A DNA stretch of 59,230 nucleotides, filler included, from Platydemus manokwari (lineage: Eukaryota), in the NCBI GenBank assembly GCA_037951405.1. It is 5 parts of 5 records of this genome, joined end to end, with 100 filler letters (N's around TTAATTAATTAA, not from the genome) between each part and the next. Parts side by side here need not be neighbours in the genome. Positions count along the whole stretch, not along the records: positions 22,084 to 36,490 come from JBBMOY011464752.1; positions 36,591 to 48,559 come from JBBMOY010372223.1; 3 more parts are not named here. The stretch is one strand, 5' to 3'. The notes under the pieces were generated by a model. It saw only the letters and a program-made list of their open reading frames with translations. It did not search any database and was not told the DNA's origin. Each line of letters opens with the position of its first letter. Position 1 is the stretch's first letter. Position numbers and translations under genes: made by a program. Shown one piece after another: positions 26,857-39,586 of the stretch.

Positions 26857-28425
26857 TTATTGTAAACTTTTCAGTGCTTTAATCAATTGGTCAAATGATA
26901 TTTTATCATATCTATTTGCTATCATTGAAATGGTGTCGATGAAATGAGTAAGATTAGAGAATAATTCATCATGAGATTTTAACAAACCATTGATTTTGTT
27001 GAGAATATATTCCATATCATAGTTTTCAATCAACACAATCAGTTCACCAAAATCATCTAAAAAATTCATACATTTCCACATTATTTCGCACAGTTCTCGT
27101 ATTGTTGAGTTGCATAGATTATCTTTGATATCTGATTCAGAGAATATTAACAACATCCAATTTCTACTCACATTGAGTTCGGTGCTGTGAATAGAGTGAA
27201 TATTGACGTAATTATCATTTTGAATTTCTATCAAATGATGTTTCAATAAATTTAATAATTTTCTTATTTTATTGTCTTTCTCCGTTGTCTGGATTTCATG
27301 AATAATTTCCATCAAACGTGGTATATAGGCTTTGAAATTCAGAATATGGGAAATCAATTGAATGATAGTTTTGATTAAATTTCTCGTTTTGTTTAAATTG
27401 ATGGCTTGATGATTTTTCTTAAAATATTGATAAGTTGTTAGTGAACTTCCATGTTTGGATATCATTAAACCACATGAAATCGTACCATCAATTGGACATT
27501 TACCTTTAATTATATCATATTTCTTAACACATCGTTTGCATATTTTATGATTACAATCAATAAATTTGGCATAATGAAAACTACGAATGACTTTTGTACA
27601 TATCAAACAATTCGTCCCATCATTTTCAATCATTTCAGGCTTATGCAATGCATATAGTTCTTGATTATTGTCAACTTTCGAAATTATAAACCAAGTCATT
27701 TGATCTAATATTGATTTCACTCCATACAAATCAACATAAATATTTTTCAGAACGGCTTTCAAAAATTTCCGTTGATTGATTTTACTATTATATAACATTA
27801 ACATGATCTCATCGGTCCAAAAACTGTTTAATAACGTTGACATACACATTATTCTCTGATTATCATCGTCCATACAAACGTGAAATGATTCATTTTTCGC
27901 TACGGGTATCAAATTAAGTATATCTAAGATAAAAGCGCTTTTCTCATAAATTGTTTCACCCTCTTCAATCAACTCGTTTCGTAATGGCATAGATTGAATA
28001 ACTTCCAATTCAAAAATCGTCACTTCTTCAGATGTTACGTCAACCCTTCTCGACAACCAATATTGTATTAATTCTTTACATTTATTCAATGATAAACACA
28101 ATATTTGGAAATTTTTACTGAACATTGACAAACATTCTGACCATTTGTTTTCCATGTACTTTTTCATGATATTTATGTCATTGACAGTGAGATATTGATA
28201 TTCAAATATGGTTTTGGATATATTTTGTCCATGTTTATTGCGGATAATAATATTTGAGATTTCTTCTCTATCGAATGGACATGATATCGAATCACGTAAC
28301 ACAATTTCATGAGCACATGCAGAACAGATTTGATGATTACATTCATTGAGAATGACAACATTTACATTGTTAAATTCTTCATAACAAATTAAACAATTAT
28401 TAATGGCTTCATCTGACTGGATCAT
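26857..28425 (-). CDS. Intronless 522-aa protein with two RING-type zinc fingers (C3HC3D), putative E3 ubiquitin ligase
   Basis: A 1569-nt ATG-to-TAA ORF in very AT-rich DNA is far longer than chance. RING1 (aa 11-52) is CLIC-x14-CNHQICSAC-x11-CPFD. RING2 (aa 273-313) is CLIC-x14-CNHKICKRC-x10-CPID. Confidence 0.85.
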   Translation of the reverse strand: MIQSDEAINNCLICYEEFNNVNVVILNECNHQICSACAHEIVLRDSISCPFDREEISNIIIRNKHGQNISKTIFEYQYLTVNDINIMKKYMENKWSECLSMFSKNFQILCLSLNKCKELIQYWLSRRVDVTSEEVTIFELEVIQSMPLRNELIEEGETIYEKSAFILDILNLIPVAKNESFHVCMDDDNQRIMCMSTLLNSFWTDEIMLMLYNSKINQRKFLKAVLKNIYVDLYGVKSILDQMTWFIISKVDNNQELYALHKPEMIENDGTNCLICTKVIRSFHYAKFIDCNHKICKRCVKKYDIIKGKCPIDGTISCGLMISKHGSSLTTYQYFKKNHQAINLNKTRNLIKTIIQLISHILNFKAYIPRLMEIIHEIQTTEKDNKIRKLLNLLKHHLIEIQNDNYVNIHSIHSTELNVSRNWMLLIFSESDIKDNLCNSTIRELCEIMWKCMNFLDDFGELIVLIENYDMEYILNKINGLLKSHDELFSNLTHFIDTISMIANRYDKISFDQLIKALKSLQ

Positions 28426-31400
28426 ATCTTAATTTTGTTTTATAAATTATAAATTATAATTATAGAAACAATTTATTTTTATTGAATTAAAAATATTCCT
28501 CAATTAATTAATAATATATAAAATATAAAAATATAAATCAAATTGATTAAAGCATATTGATATTTAAATTAATATTTATTTGTACAGAAGCCATAAATCG
28601 AATACTTTAAATAGTACATGTAAATAATACTTTAAATAATACAGCCAAACGTGCAGTTCAGCTCAAGCACTCATAGATACATTGGACTGCGAAACCAGTA
28701 AATCGTAATTCAACAACTATCCAGAAATTACATATGCAATTAGATATCACCAAGTCGAGGTATAATCAAGCATAATTCGTGAAATTTTCGTATCTTGTCG
28801 AACGATTCGATACTAAGTAAAATTATCTTCGTTTTCTGTTCCATTTTTAATTCTGTTCCATCATTAATCGGCATGTCTGGTTAAGTGATGAAACACTTCG
28901 CCAACTCTTTGTTTACATACTATATTTTAATTGATTGCTATCTATTTGTTATCTATTTGCTATTTTATTTTTAATACATTGTTTTAATAATATACTGTTT
29001 AAGTTGTATCTCGTTAATGCTATTTACAAATTATAATTTATATCTGTATTTTATCCTTCACACGAAAAACAACAGATCGTTCGGAGTCCGATCTAATTTC
29101 AAGTAATAAATCACCCATAAGACAACAAAAAACCAACAAAAATATAAATCAAATTGATTATAGCACATTGATATTTAAATTAAATACAGAAGCCATAAAT
29201 CAAATAACTTTACTAATATAAGTATAAGATCTCATATAGTTTTCTTTATAGTAATTAATTACGGATAACATAATGATGAGAAAATTAATATTATTAAATG
29301 AAAACAAAATTACGGATGGTTTTGTAAATATAATCATTATATCGATAATGACTGAATGTATATTGTTTTCATACCAACTATTGTATGGTGTTTTGAGATA
29401 GGTTTTAACAATCATTATGAACCACTTATTTGGAAACAATTTGGATAAATTGTAAAAACATCAGTAAACTTATCAAGAAAAATTTATTTTAAATTTATTG
29501 ATGGAGTAGCTCAAGTTATCAATCAAATCAAGAACAAACAATCCAAACAAGCATTCTAAGAATTGTAAAGATAAAGATTTCTGTTAGTAATCCACATTGA
29601 TAACTCTGTAATTACCGACAAAGATTGGATAATTAACGAAATGAACTCAGGAAATTGATTCTAATGATTCTAAATAAAATAACTAATTAATTCAAGGACT
29701 AATTATCCAAATGGTAATCCTATGATTTGTAAAGTTTTATAAATATTTGATCAATAGTGTAAATGGCTTTTAATTGATTTGATAAACAGCTTAATTTGTT
29801 TATGACTTGATTCATTATTTAATCTACTATTCAAATCATGTAGAAATCTAGTTTTTATAATTATGAAATCATTTCAGTGAATTCTTCTATCGCATTATCT
29901 ATAATTTCCAACAATTATTTTTCTTTATAAATAAATCAAGATCATAAAGATGATCCGGGATTTAACATTAAATTCTTTTAAAATACCAGAAACCAAATAA
30001 TTAAAAATGTTCTTCCAAAATTAATTTAATGATTTTAAATAAATTTAAAGAGTTTTCACTAACTCAAAACTCAATACAAATACTCACATTGTAAATAAAC
30101 CATTTCAAACACATATGAAATGTAAAAAGTAAAAAATGAAAACCAATTATACTCTAAATTATTTCTTAACTCGTATAAAAGAAAATTTGATTTACTATTT
30201 AAAATCGTTGTTTTAAAATCGTCTACGCAATCAAATGACTTTGGGTAAAATTAATGTTTTTTACCAACCTAATGTAAAAATGATAATATTCATATTTTAA
30301 CTAAATCCTTTCAAAATAAGTATTAATTTTCAAAAATTACAAATGAAAACCAATTACATTCGAAATCATTTCTTAAATTGTTCAAAAGAAAATTTGATTT
30401 ACAACTTCAAATCGCTTATTAAACTTTTATTTGTGTCTAAGTTTATGGATTGAGAGCAATTTCCGAATTTCGTAACAAATATCACATTTTCAATAAACAT
30501 ATTCTCGATAAGTTTTTTGGTTTACAATAAAACTCAATTCAAATAATAGCTTGTATTTGATTTTGTAGATTTAAGTAAATTTTAAAGCGAACATTTTGTT
30601 TAGTGAATATCATTATAAATATTTCTATGATAATCCAACGATAACAAATTCATTAGATTTTCTTTAGAATAAAAAAAGTTATATGATATGTAAAGAAAAT
30701 TTTCGTAAAAGAAAATAAGACTGATAAATCAGTATCCCTTGACAGTCTGATCATTGACATTAATGAATAAGAATTTATATTCTGACACTTAAAAGTAATG
30801 TTATCTGGATTAATAATAGATAAATATTATCTCTTAATTTATATTTTTATTGGTTCAGAAATTATTTAATAAATCATATTATTGTTTATTCAATAATATT
30901 AGAAAACACTCTTGAAAATTAATCGTTTTAAATGAAAATCACTCAAATGAACCTTAAACAATACATGGCAGGAATTGTAAAAGAAACAACAAATTTATTG
31001 ACGGAAATAATTGCATTGAAATCAACTTAATAAGAGCTATCAATGGGATATTTTAATTAATTTAATCTGTTTTGAGCATTAAATATCATAATATTTACCT
31101 GTAGATGATAATATTATATGTGTATAGTTCAAATATTATTTATAAATAGTTATATCGCTTGAAAAACTTAATCAATTAATGTGTAATATGATGTTTGTTT
31201 CTTTCAATTTGATGTGATGAAAATGTCTATTACATGAATCGAATGTCAAGTTTTGAGTAGAGTATTCATTTTAGAAATTAAATTAAATTTTGATATTTAG
31301 AAAATGTTATGACTTTTAAACTTAATTATTGGTCAATTTTGTGACATATGCTGTTGAACAATTATTAGATAATTAATTATATATTTGTTAGAAATTTAAA

Positions 31401-32145
31401 ATGTTTTTCGTATAAATTACTCTTAATTTCAACATTATATTCATGCTTCTAGAAAAGATCGACAAAATTTCGCGAATCATTTCATTTACTGACATACAAT
31501 CATACTCAAATTAACCAAATTTTATTTAACCTGTAACTTTGATATTAAGAGATTAAATATAATTATAAATTATATCATTGTTTAATATTATTAAAATTAT
31601 TGGTTAATAGGAAAACAAAATTCAATCACCGCACTTTTACTCCACTATAAATCTGAAGCGTTTAGAAATCTACATAACTTTATTTTATCCACTTTCATAA
31701 AATTAACTATGCAGTTACATATCAATTCGAGTTGTAATCTCTTTAAATAGAGCAAAATGTTTCCACAAGATTAACTTTATAATATTTCATTTTCAACCAT
31801 TAATTAAGCGAATTGAAAATAAATATTTAAGTTAGTATTACACGCACACACACATATATGTGTGTGTAATTCGGTATAAACAATATTAGCTTAACAGATT
31901 ATTAAATTCAGCACAAATAGTATCAAGTTCAGATGAATTCGTTCAATTTCTGTGTAATATTTCTGTATAATAACATGGCAGAAAGAGTAGATAGATAAAC
32001 AATAATAAAACGATTAATGATTTAGTAAACCAATGACACAAAATACAATAACAACAGAATAAAATATATTCGAATCTTTTTCATTTATAACTATTTGTAA
32101 TGTGATGAAATTATAATATCATTGAACATTATTTTTGTCATTTTA

Positions 32146-35100
32146 TCATTCAATATTTTGATTGGATGTTCGAAGATATTCTTCAATATCTATGATATGT
32201 TTAAGCTCGTTTGGCGATACCGATTCCGAACACATGGGGCAAGAAGGATTTTCATCACTAAGGAGACTGAATAGGAATTTATAATTAACATCTACTAATT
32301 TATAATAAAACCTATCAAATTAAAATAAATCAAAAAATCTATTGAATTTATGACGAGAACAAATATCTGAACATAGATGGCATTAATTGATATATAGAAC
32401 AATCTATTAATGTTCTTCTCAAACGTGAACCGAAACAGCCATATTTTAATGAATGTGTCAGAATATTATTGAAGTCCGTCTTTAATTTAAAGATTATACA
32501 TTATTGTACGCTGTCATTAATTAGAACAGAAGCCGGGCTATTTATGTAATTCATAAAAATTTAATTTATCAAGAAAGGATCAATTAATATCCCATATATA
32601 AATTGATACATCGACGACATGGAACTAATTTGTATTAGAAAGGCAAAGATTGAATTAAACAAACATATTAGATTTCATTGAAACATTTTTTAAAATATTG
32701 CAATTTCGGTTGAATATACTTGAAATGATAATAAATTCTTATGGAAATAAATAAAATAAAATAAATTTTATAGAATTATAATTTGTTTTCATATAAAGCA
32801 GAAATGTTAATATTTAATAAAGCTTGAAAATTAGTTTTTCGTATTGAAAATTTTATTTTTAAATCACTGATTGTTATACTTGATATGAATCCAATATTTA
32901 ATTATAGCACGTAATATAATTATAGCAACACTCAATAAATAAGTGATTTTGATAGTGAATGACATGGCCGAATCCACCAACAACCAAATTATTAAATGGT
33001 GCATTCAAAGTCATATCCGATAATGATAAGTAATAACTACAACGAAACCAGTCAATAGCTGACTAACATTTTCCAATAGCCAATTGTCTCAATGACCAAT
33101 CCTCATTTATACGTTGTAATTTCATCCAGAAATTCACTAGTAACCATAACAATAATTCAACAAACAAAAATGAATACACCAATGATGTTTTACTTACAAC
33201 GAAATGAACTCAAAATACGCAAACAATTTTTTCCAAAACGATCTTAAAGAAAATTAAATTTCCTCGATTTGACAAATCATTTTCAAACAAATACAATTAA
33301 ACTCTTTAATCAAATGAAAACCCAATTAAAAAATACATTTCTAATTTGTTTAAATTGGCAATTTACTTAAACAACATACAGTACAAAAATTTTTGATTAT
33401 ATAATTAAATCAAGAACAGATTCGAAATTTGAAAAATAAAAAAAAACAAATTTCTTCTTGAAATTATCAAAACCTAAATAAAAAATCTCCCAGTTTTCTA
33501 AATATTTTTATTCTGGCATTTGTCATCACAACATGATTGACAAAGACATAAAACTGTAGAAATTCTCATTTTCTTTCAAGTGGTGGATTTAAGATTAATG
33601 GAACAAAAAGAAAATATATCGAAAATTGAAAGTTAAATAATAAATAGAGAGGATTTTATCAAATAGATTTATCAATTTAGCTGGTATTCTCTATAATATG
33701 CTCGGGTTAATGGTAACGAAATAGGGTAATAAAAAAAACAACTTCTTACCTTCTCAATTCAGAGCCAATAGCAGGAAATTCACATTTTGGACAAATGACG
33801 CAATCATCTCTGATTATATGACGACCCTAACAATTCAATGTATATAATCACAAATTAATAATATTGTTGATAAAATATATCCATAACATTATAATAATTT
33901 ATATCATTATTTATATCATTGATAATAGTCATAATATAATAAAGTGGAACTCTTACAGTTGCAATACAATATGCTATTGAACTTTTGCATTCATTGCATT
34001 GCAAGCTAGTTTCCACCAACAAATTCGAACAAAATGGACATTGTGTCTTTGGTTCTTCTTCCTGCGTTTTATCGGGTCTTCGAATAATGGTTTCCATTTT
34101 TTTTCTATATTTTGGATCAATCTGATCTCGATATTCCGGTCTTAAGAGCATGGCTGCATAACTGAAACTGGACTCTCGCAATCCAGATCGATGGCATTCA
34201 ACAACGGTACTGGTCAGTATAGGTACAACATCTACAGTTGCTCATTAACCAATGAATACAATGAAAGATAGAAAATTGAAAAAATAAATTATTTATATAA
34301 ATAAAAACTTAATATAAGATATATGCATATCCAAACATTTTTATACAAAGCTATTTATTATAGATAAATAATTCTTCTGCTTAAATATCATAAATTTACA
34401 CAAAATTCACATATTCATTCACTACAACAAATTCTAAAAGTTTATTTTGATTGTCGAAAATTTTATCTTAAAATGATTCATAAATTTCAACAGTAACAGA
34501 ACAAAATTGATGTGTCACTGCACTATTGGTTAGAAAATTAATCGACTGAGCCATATAGAATTAAAAACGTCATTTTGTTTTAATCAGAAATAGCTTAGGA
34601 AAATGATTCAAGATTATATATATTTAAGTTTTGTTTAATTCGTTATTACCATGTTTACACTGATAGGAATAAACTGTATCCATAATTATAACATTAAAAT
34701 CGATATAAATGAAAGACATAAACATCCCAGTTGTTAATGCAGACAGAATAAGAATAATGGATTCTCATTTATTCAATAATAATATCGCCGACTTAATGAA
34801 ATGAATAAATCTAAAATTGATGAAAGTTGTCAAATTTAACATGACAAATGGTTCTTTTAATCAAATAAACATCAGATTTCACCGAGATATTCCTGATGAA
34901 AATATTTCCACAATCAATATATAGATAAGGGACAATTTCTTTAAGAAACTTTCTCCACAAATATTGTTTACAAAATTCTGATAGAAATTGTTTAAATTAT
35001 TAATTCTCCAAGCCATTGAAATACAAAATATCATTACATTGTTTCACTGAAAATGATAAATAATAATAATAAATTATTATTATCAATCTACTCTTCAAAT

Positions 35101-36340
35101 GATTATTAGACCGATTTATCATAAAATCTGGAATAATATAACCTATTTCATTCTATATATAAAGTTTCGTGAGAATAACTATTTGATCGGTTTTGGGGCC
35201 AACATTTATACTAACGATGTGAATCGAAGACAAGAATATTAATGATAAAAATTGCATTGCCAATTTGTAAATAGAAATTTTAATATTACAATCAAGTAAA
35301 AAAAATCAGGAAAAATAAGAAAAAAAAATTGAAATGTCCTAAAGCGATTTAATTTTATAAAAAAGTCAGTAAATAAATGAAGGAATCGCCAAAATCCAAA
35401 AGCACAATTAATCCATAAATGAGATGGAAATAATATTTGAAAAGAAGATTATCACTTCCTTTATTTATTCACTCGTCTATTTAATGACATAATTTAATTG
35501 CTATGGCTTCGTGAAAGATTTTGAAAAAAATTATTTCAATTCAAAATTATACACTGATAAATAGGCCAGTAAAGCCAACCTTATATTTACGACGATCTAT
35601 AAATAAATATCAGATTTTTTATATAAATTTTTCCTTTAAATAGAAATATTCCGGTTCAATCTTCATCAAATATTTTCAAAACCAATTTCTTTAACTCACG
35701 TGATGGAAATTTACTAATACTTTCGGCAACACGAATTAACATTCTGGCTCCCTTCAAATGATCATTTCGTTTGATATGAAGCTAAGATAAATTGTTAAAC
35801 AATATATCAATGACAAAATCCCAACTTTAGCAATGATATATGAATGAATTAACATAAGATTATTGCTCATTTCCGATGGAATTTTAATATTGTTCAATTT
35901 TAATTCACGCATCATACTGAACAATAAATCATGAGCCATTCGATAGTTGCCATTATTTTGTTCGTCTTTTGCAATCAGAATCGCTGTGCGGCCAGCTTCA
36001 CGATATTGCTTCAGAGCCATATACATTTTGAAAAGGTATTTCATATTTTTAGGATTGTCATCATATTCACCCATCAAATATTCGACGAGATAATGGGTTA
36101 ATTTGTCATCATTAGCTCGCCCAATTGCCTCAATAGCTAAATCAACAGAGGGACTGTCTTCAACATACGGTACTTTCAAAAGATGTTTAATAGCCTGATA
36201 AAGAATTTATACAATTTTTTAAGACAACAAATCGAAATACTTTTTCATATTGGCAAGCCAAGAGAAAGAATTTACCAGCTAAAAACTGGTTTTTCTGGAA
36301 TTCGAAATATGTTGCTATATTTTGGTAGTCCTCAATTGTA
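32146..36340 (-). CDS. WDR19: WD repeat-containing protein 19 / IFT144 (IFT-A), 3' portion only, 5' end lost in the gap. Exons: 36241-36340 (partial), 35826-36194, 35700-35781, 33957-34231, 33750-33826, 32146-32266
   Basis: The spliced translation is [42 protein letters not shown]...[43 protein letters not shown]...[82 protein letters not shown]...CPFC...[24 protein letters not shown]/...CPMCSE. This matches the recalled C-terminus of WDR19/IFT144, including its Cys-rich tail. All introns are GT..AG with consistent phase. Confidence 0.95.
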
Positions 36341-36590
36341 NNNNNNNNNNNNNNNNNNNNNNNNNNNNNNNNNNNNNNNNNNNNNNNNNNNNNNNNNNNN
36401 NNNNNNNNNNNNNNNNNNNNNNNNNNNNNNNNNNNNNNNNNNNNNNNNNNNNNNNNNNNNNNNNNNNNNNNNNNNNNNNNNNNNAATATTNNNNNNNNNN
36501 NNNNNNNNNNNNNNNNNNNNNNNNNNNNNNNNNNTTAATTAATTAANNNNNNNNNNNNNNNNNNNNNNNNNNNNNNNNNNNNNNNNNNNN
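36341..36590. other. Scaffold gap (N144 plus 6 nt) followed by the artificial spacer (36491-36590)
   Basis: An N run, then aatatt, then N44-TTAATTAATTAA-N44. Confidence 0.97.
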
Positions 36591-36716
36591 TATTCGTTGG
36601 CATAAGAGTATTATTTCGGAAGGGGCCTACTTTGAAGGTGATACAATAAATTTGGATGATTAATTAATATTTTGTGTTTTATTGGCCAATTCCCGGTACT
36701 TTTTTGACATAATGTA
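36591..36716 (+). mobile_element. 3' end of a second, different mariner-family transposon
   Basis: IRWHKSIISEGAYFEGDTINLDD* fits the RWxKCIxxxGxYFEGD mariner C-terminus. It is followed by TIR-like TTCCCGGTACTTTTTTGACATAATG and then TA. Confidence 0.8.
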
Positions 36717-37660
36717 TATAGTTTGCTCCGTTGTTTTAAAATCATATAATGCCGTAAACTAACACATTTCCTCTTTTTTATACTTTAGCACCTTGACTTT
36801 ATTTCAACCCATACAGTTTTGGAAAAGGTTTGAAAATGTAGAATCTTGAAACAATAGGACAAATATTTTATTATACATCTTGCTAATTTCCAATTAACTT
36901 GATTGAATATTATTTATTCATATTTGGAGTAATTTGTCATTTTATTCCACTTTGGGTATCTAATTTTTATCATTTTCATTATTATTATTATCGATAACCA
37001 TTATTGTTACCATAGCAACATTGTAAGGGCGCATTTCAATGCATAATCTTTGGAATCAGATTATAGAAACTATATTACAAATTATAACATTAAGTTCTGC
37101 GAACTGGGTTAACAGTACTCTACCTTATTTTATTTATAACCACTATTGAGTTTGATCTAACCCCAACGATTTCAAATTAAATAAACTCAAATTACTCATG
37201 TAAACTTTTGAAATTGAAATGCAGTTATAATTTGAATATACTTCCAATATTTACATGCAACAAATCATTAATTATTCATGATCTTTTTGTAAATAATTTT
37301 ATTAGTCACATTTTTATAAAAGAAACTTATTACTCAATTTAAATCTTAAATGAACATTTTATAATATAAATTATTATATAAATCATTATCTGATTACAAA
37401 TCACAAGTATGTACGTAAATTAAAATTTTTGTCTATTCGATTTGAAACTAATACTTTCGGAAAAATGCTGATTAATCATTACTTTGCAGTTCTTCCAAAA
37501 CACAAATTTCTTAGATTATTGAAGTTTTCGAAAATAATGTAAACTAACTTCAATATAAAATTAAAACATTTAAGCTATGAAAAATTAAAAAAATAAAGCG
37601 TATTTGAATTTTTTTTCAATATCAAAATTTTCTGAAATTATTCCAAAAATATAAAAACAT

Positions 37661-39586
37661 TTATTCAGCGACATCTCCACCACCGATTTTTTGTTTTTTA
37701 GTTCCAGAAAGGATATCATCTATTCTCAAAAGTAAAATAGCAGTCTAAAAATTAATTTAAACAAGTAATCTTAGAAAATCACAATACCTCAATAGATGTT
37801 TTCAAAACTTGAGCTTTAACTGGCAATGGATCCCAGACGCCCAATTTTTTCATATCAACAATTACACCCTCTTCACCATCGACACCAATACTCCAATTGT
37901 TTGCTGGATCAACTGCATGCTTAGCTCTTAATTCAGTGATTAACCTCAAAACTTTAGCTCCACAATTTTGAGCAAGAGTTCTTGGAATAACTTCTAATGC
38001 TTGTGCAACAGCAAGGTAGGCATTCTGTCTAACACCAACAATATTCTGTGCTTTCAATGTCAAATGATTTGAGATAGCCATTTCAAGAGCTCCACCACCT
38101 GGCACAAGAGTATTCTCCATCATAACATTTCTTGCTACTGCCATGGCATCTCCAAGATTTCTCTCAATTTCATTGAGAACATCCTTACTGCTACCTCTCA
38201 ATAAGATGGAACAAGATTTGGCATCTTTGCAATCGGTAATGAATGTAAAATATTCATCTCCAATTAGTTTTATTTCAAATAAGCCTGCTCCAGTACCAAT
38301 ATCTTCTTCTTTCAAGTCATCAACGCTGCTTACAATGTTTGCACCACAACAACGAGCAACTCGTACATTGTCTGTCTTTCTAAGTCTTCTTAAAACAGTA
38401 ATGTTGGCTTTTGTGAAATAATGTTGAGCCAAATCTGAAACACCTTTTTCAGTAATAACCAAATCTGGTTTCAATCTGATAATATCAGCACACAATTTCT
38501 CGACATATTCTTCTTCTAACTGCAAAGCTCTGATCATATCTGATTCTTTACTGATCTCAAGAGCGGTTTGTGATTCTCCTTTCTTATATTCGATACTCAA
38601 ATCAAGAAGAAGGATTCTTGGGTTTTCAATTCGACGTCTCATTTTTGGATGAACAATATCTTTATTAAACATTACACCGTTGAGAACAGTTGAATCTTCG
38701 ATGGCTCCACCTGGGATTTTTTCAATTTTAACATATCTTTTAATATCGATTTCTTTTTTTCCATTCTCTTCTGTGGCTACTTTTGAAACTGCATCAATTG
38801 CTATTTTACATGCCAAGTCTGACCATTTGTTAATGAATTTGGTACCCAAACAACTTTTTACAACTTTCAACATTTCATCGCGATTACTGGGATTGATTTT
38901 GACACTAGATATAAATATATAATCAATAACTATCGAAGATAATAATTAAAGTATTTTCGATTATTTTATTATTTCAAAATTTCTTAAAATTAACTTAATA
39001 AACTTGTTAGGAAACTAACCTGCAGTGTGATTTCATATATTCCAATGAATCTTCAAGTGCTTCTCTATATGCACTGATTATTTTAGTTGGATGAATTTTT
39101 TGTTGTAATAATGGAGTTGCTTGACTCAATAATTCTCCAGCTAAGATACGAAAAATAGTTAACAAACAAAAATAGCTATATAAATACCGAGAATGATAAC
39201 TGATGTGGTTCCGTCACCAACTTCTTCGTCCTGAGTTCTAGCAATTTCTATCATTGACTTAGCTGCTGGTTGTTCGACAGTAATCTAAAATTTTCTAGAA
39301 ATTAAGAAATAACAATCATTAAATACAAGTAACCTCTCTAAGAATTGCATTTCCATCATTAGTCATTACAATACCACCGGTTGGACTCATAAGCATTTTT
39401 AACATAGCTCTTGGGCCTAAACAAGTTCTAATAACATCAGCAACATTTTTAGCTGCGTTAATATTTTGTTCTTGAACTTTCTTGCCTTGTTGACGCTTGG
39501 CATTTGGATCTTAATTAATAAAAGAAAATACATAACAACTAAAATTTCCATATCTCACTTAAAATCATAACAGGCATTGCACTCAT
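37661..39586 (-). CDS. CCT3: T-complex protein 1 subunit gamma (CCT3/TRiC gamma), complete, 6 exons, 540 aa. Exons: 39559-39586, 39334-39509, 39188-39284, 39020-39140, 37788-38904, 37661-37744
   Basis: Manual splicing at GT..AG introns (49, 49, 47, 115 and 43 nt) gives an uninterrupted 1623-nt frame. It reads MSAMPVMILNPNAKRQQGKKVQEQNINAAKNVADVIRTCLGPRAMLKML...[45 protein letters not shown]...EIDIKRYVKIEKIPGG...YKKGESQT...TAILLLRIDDILSG. GDGTTS is the group II chaperonin motif, and EIDIKRY, KKGESQT and RRLRKTDN are typical of the gamma subunit. Confidence 0.97.

Noticed and set aside
36183-36546. Plus-strand ORFs containing X runs
   Set aside because: They run through N gaps and are antisense to a WDR19 exon.
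38143-38922. Plus-strand ORFs of 92 and 80 aa
   Set aside because: They are antisense shadows of CCT3 exon 5.
10872-39586. Apparent cilia/planar-polarity cluster (diego-like, IFT144 and CCT3)
   Set aside because: The three genes lie on three different contigs separated by artificial spacers.
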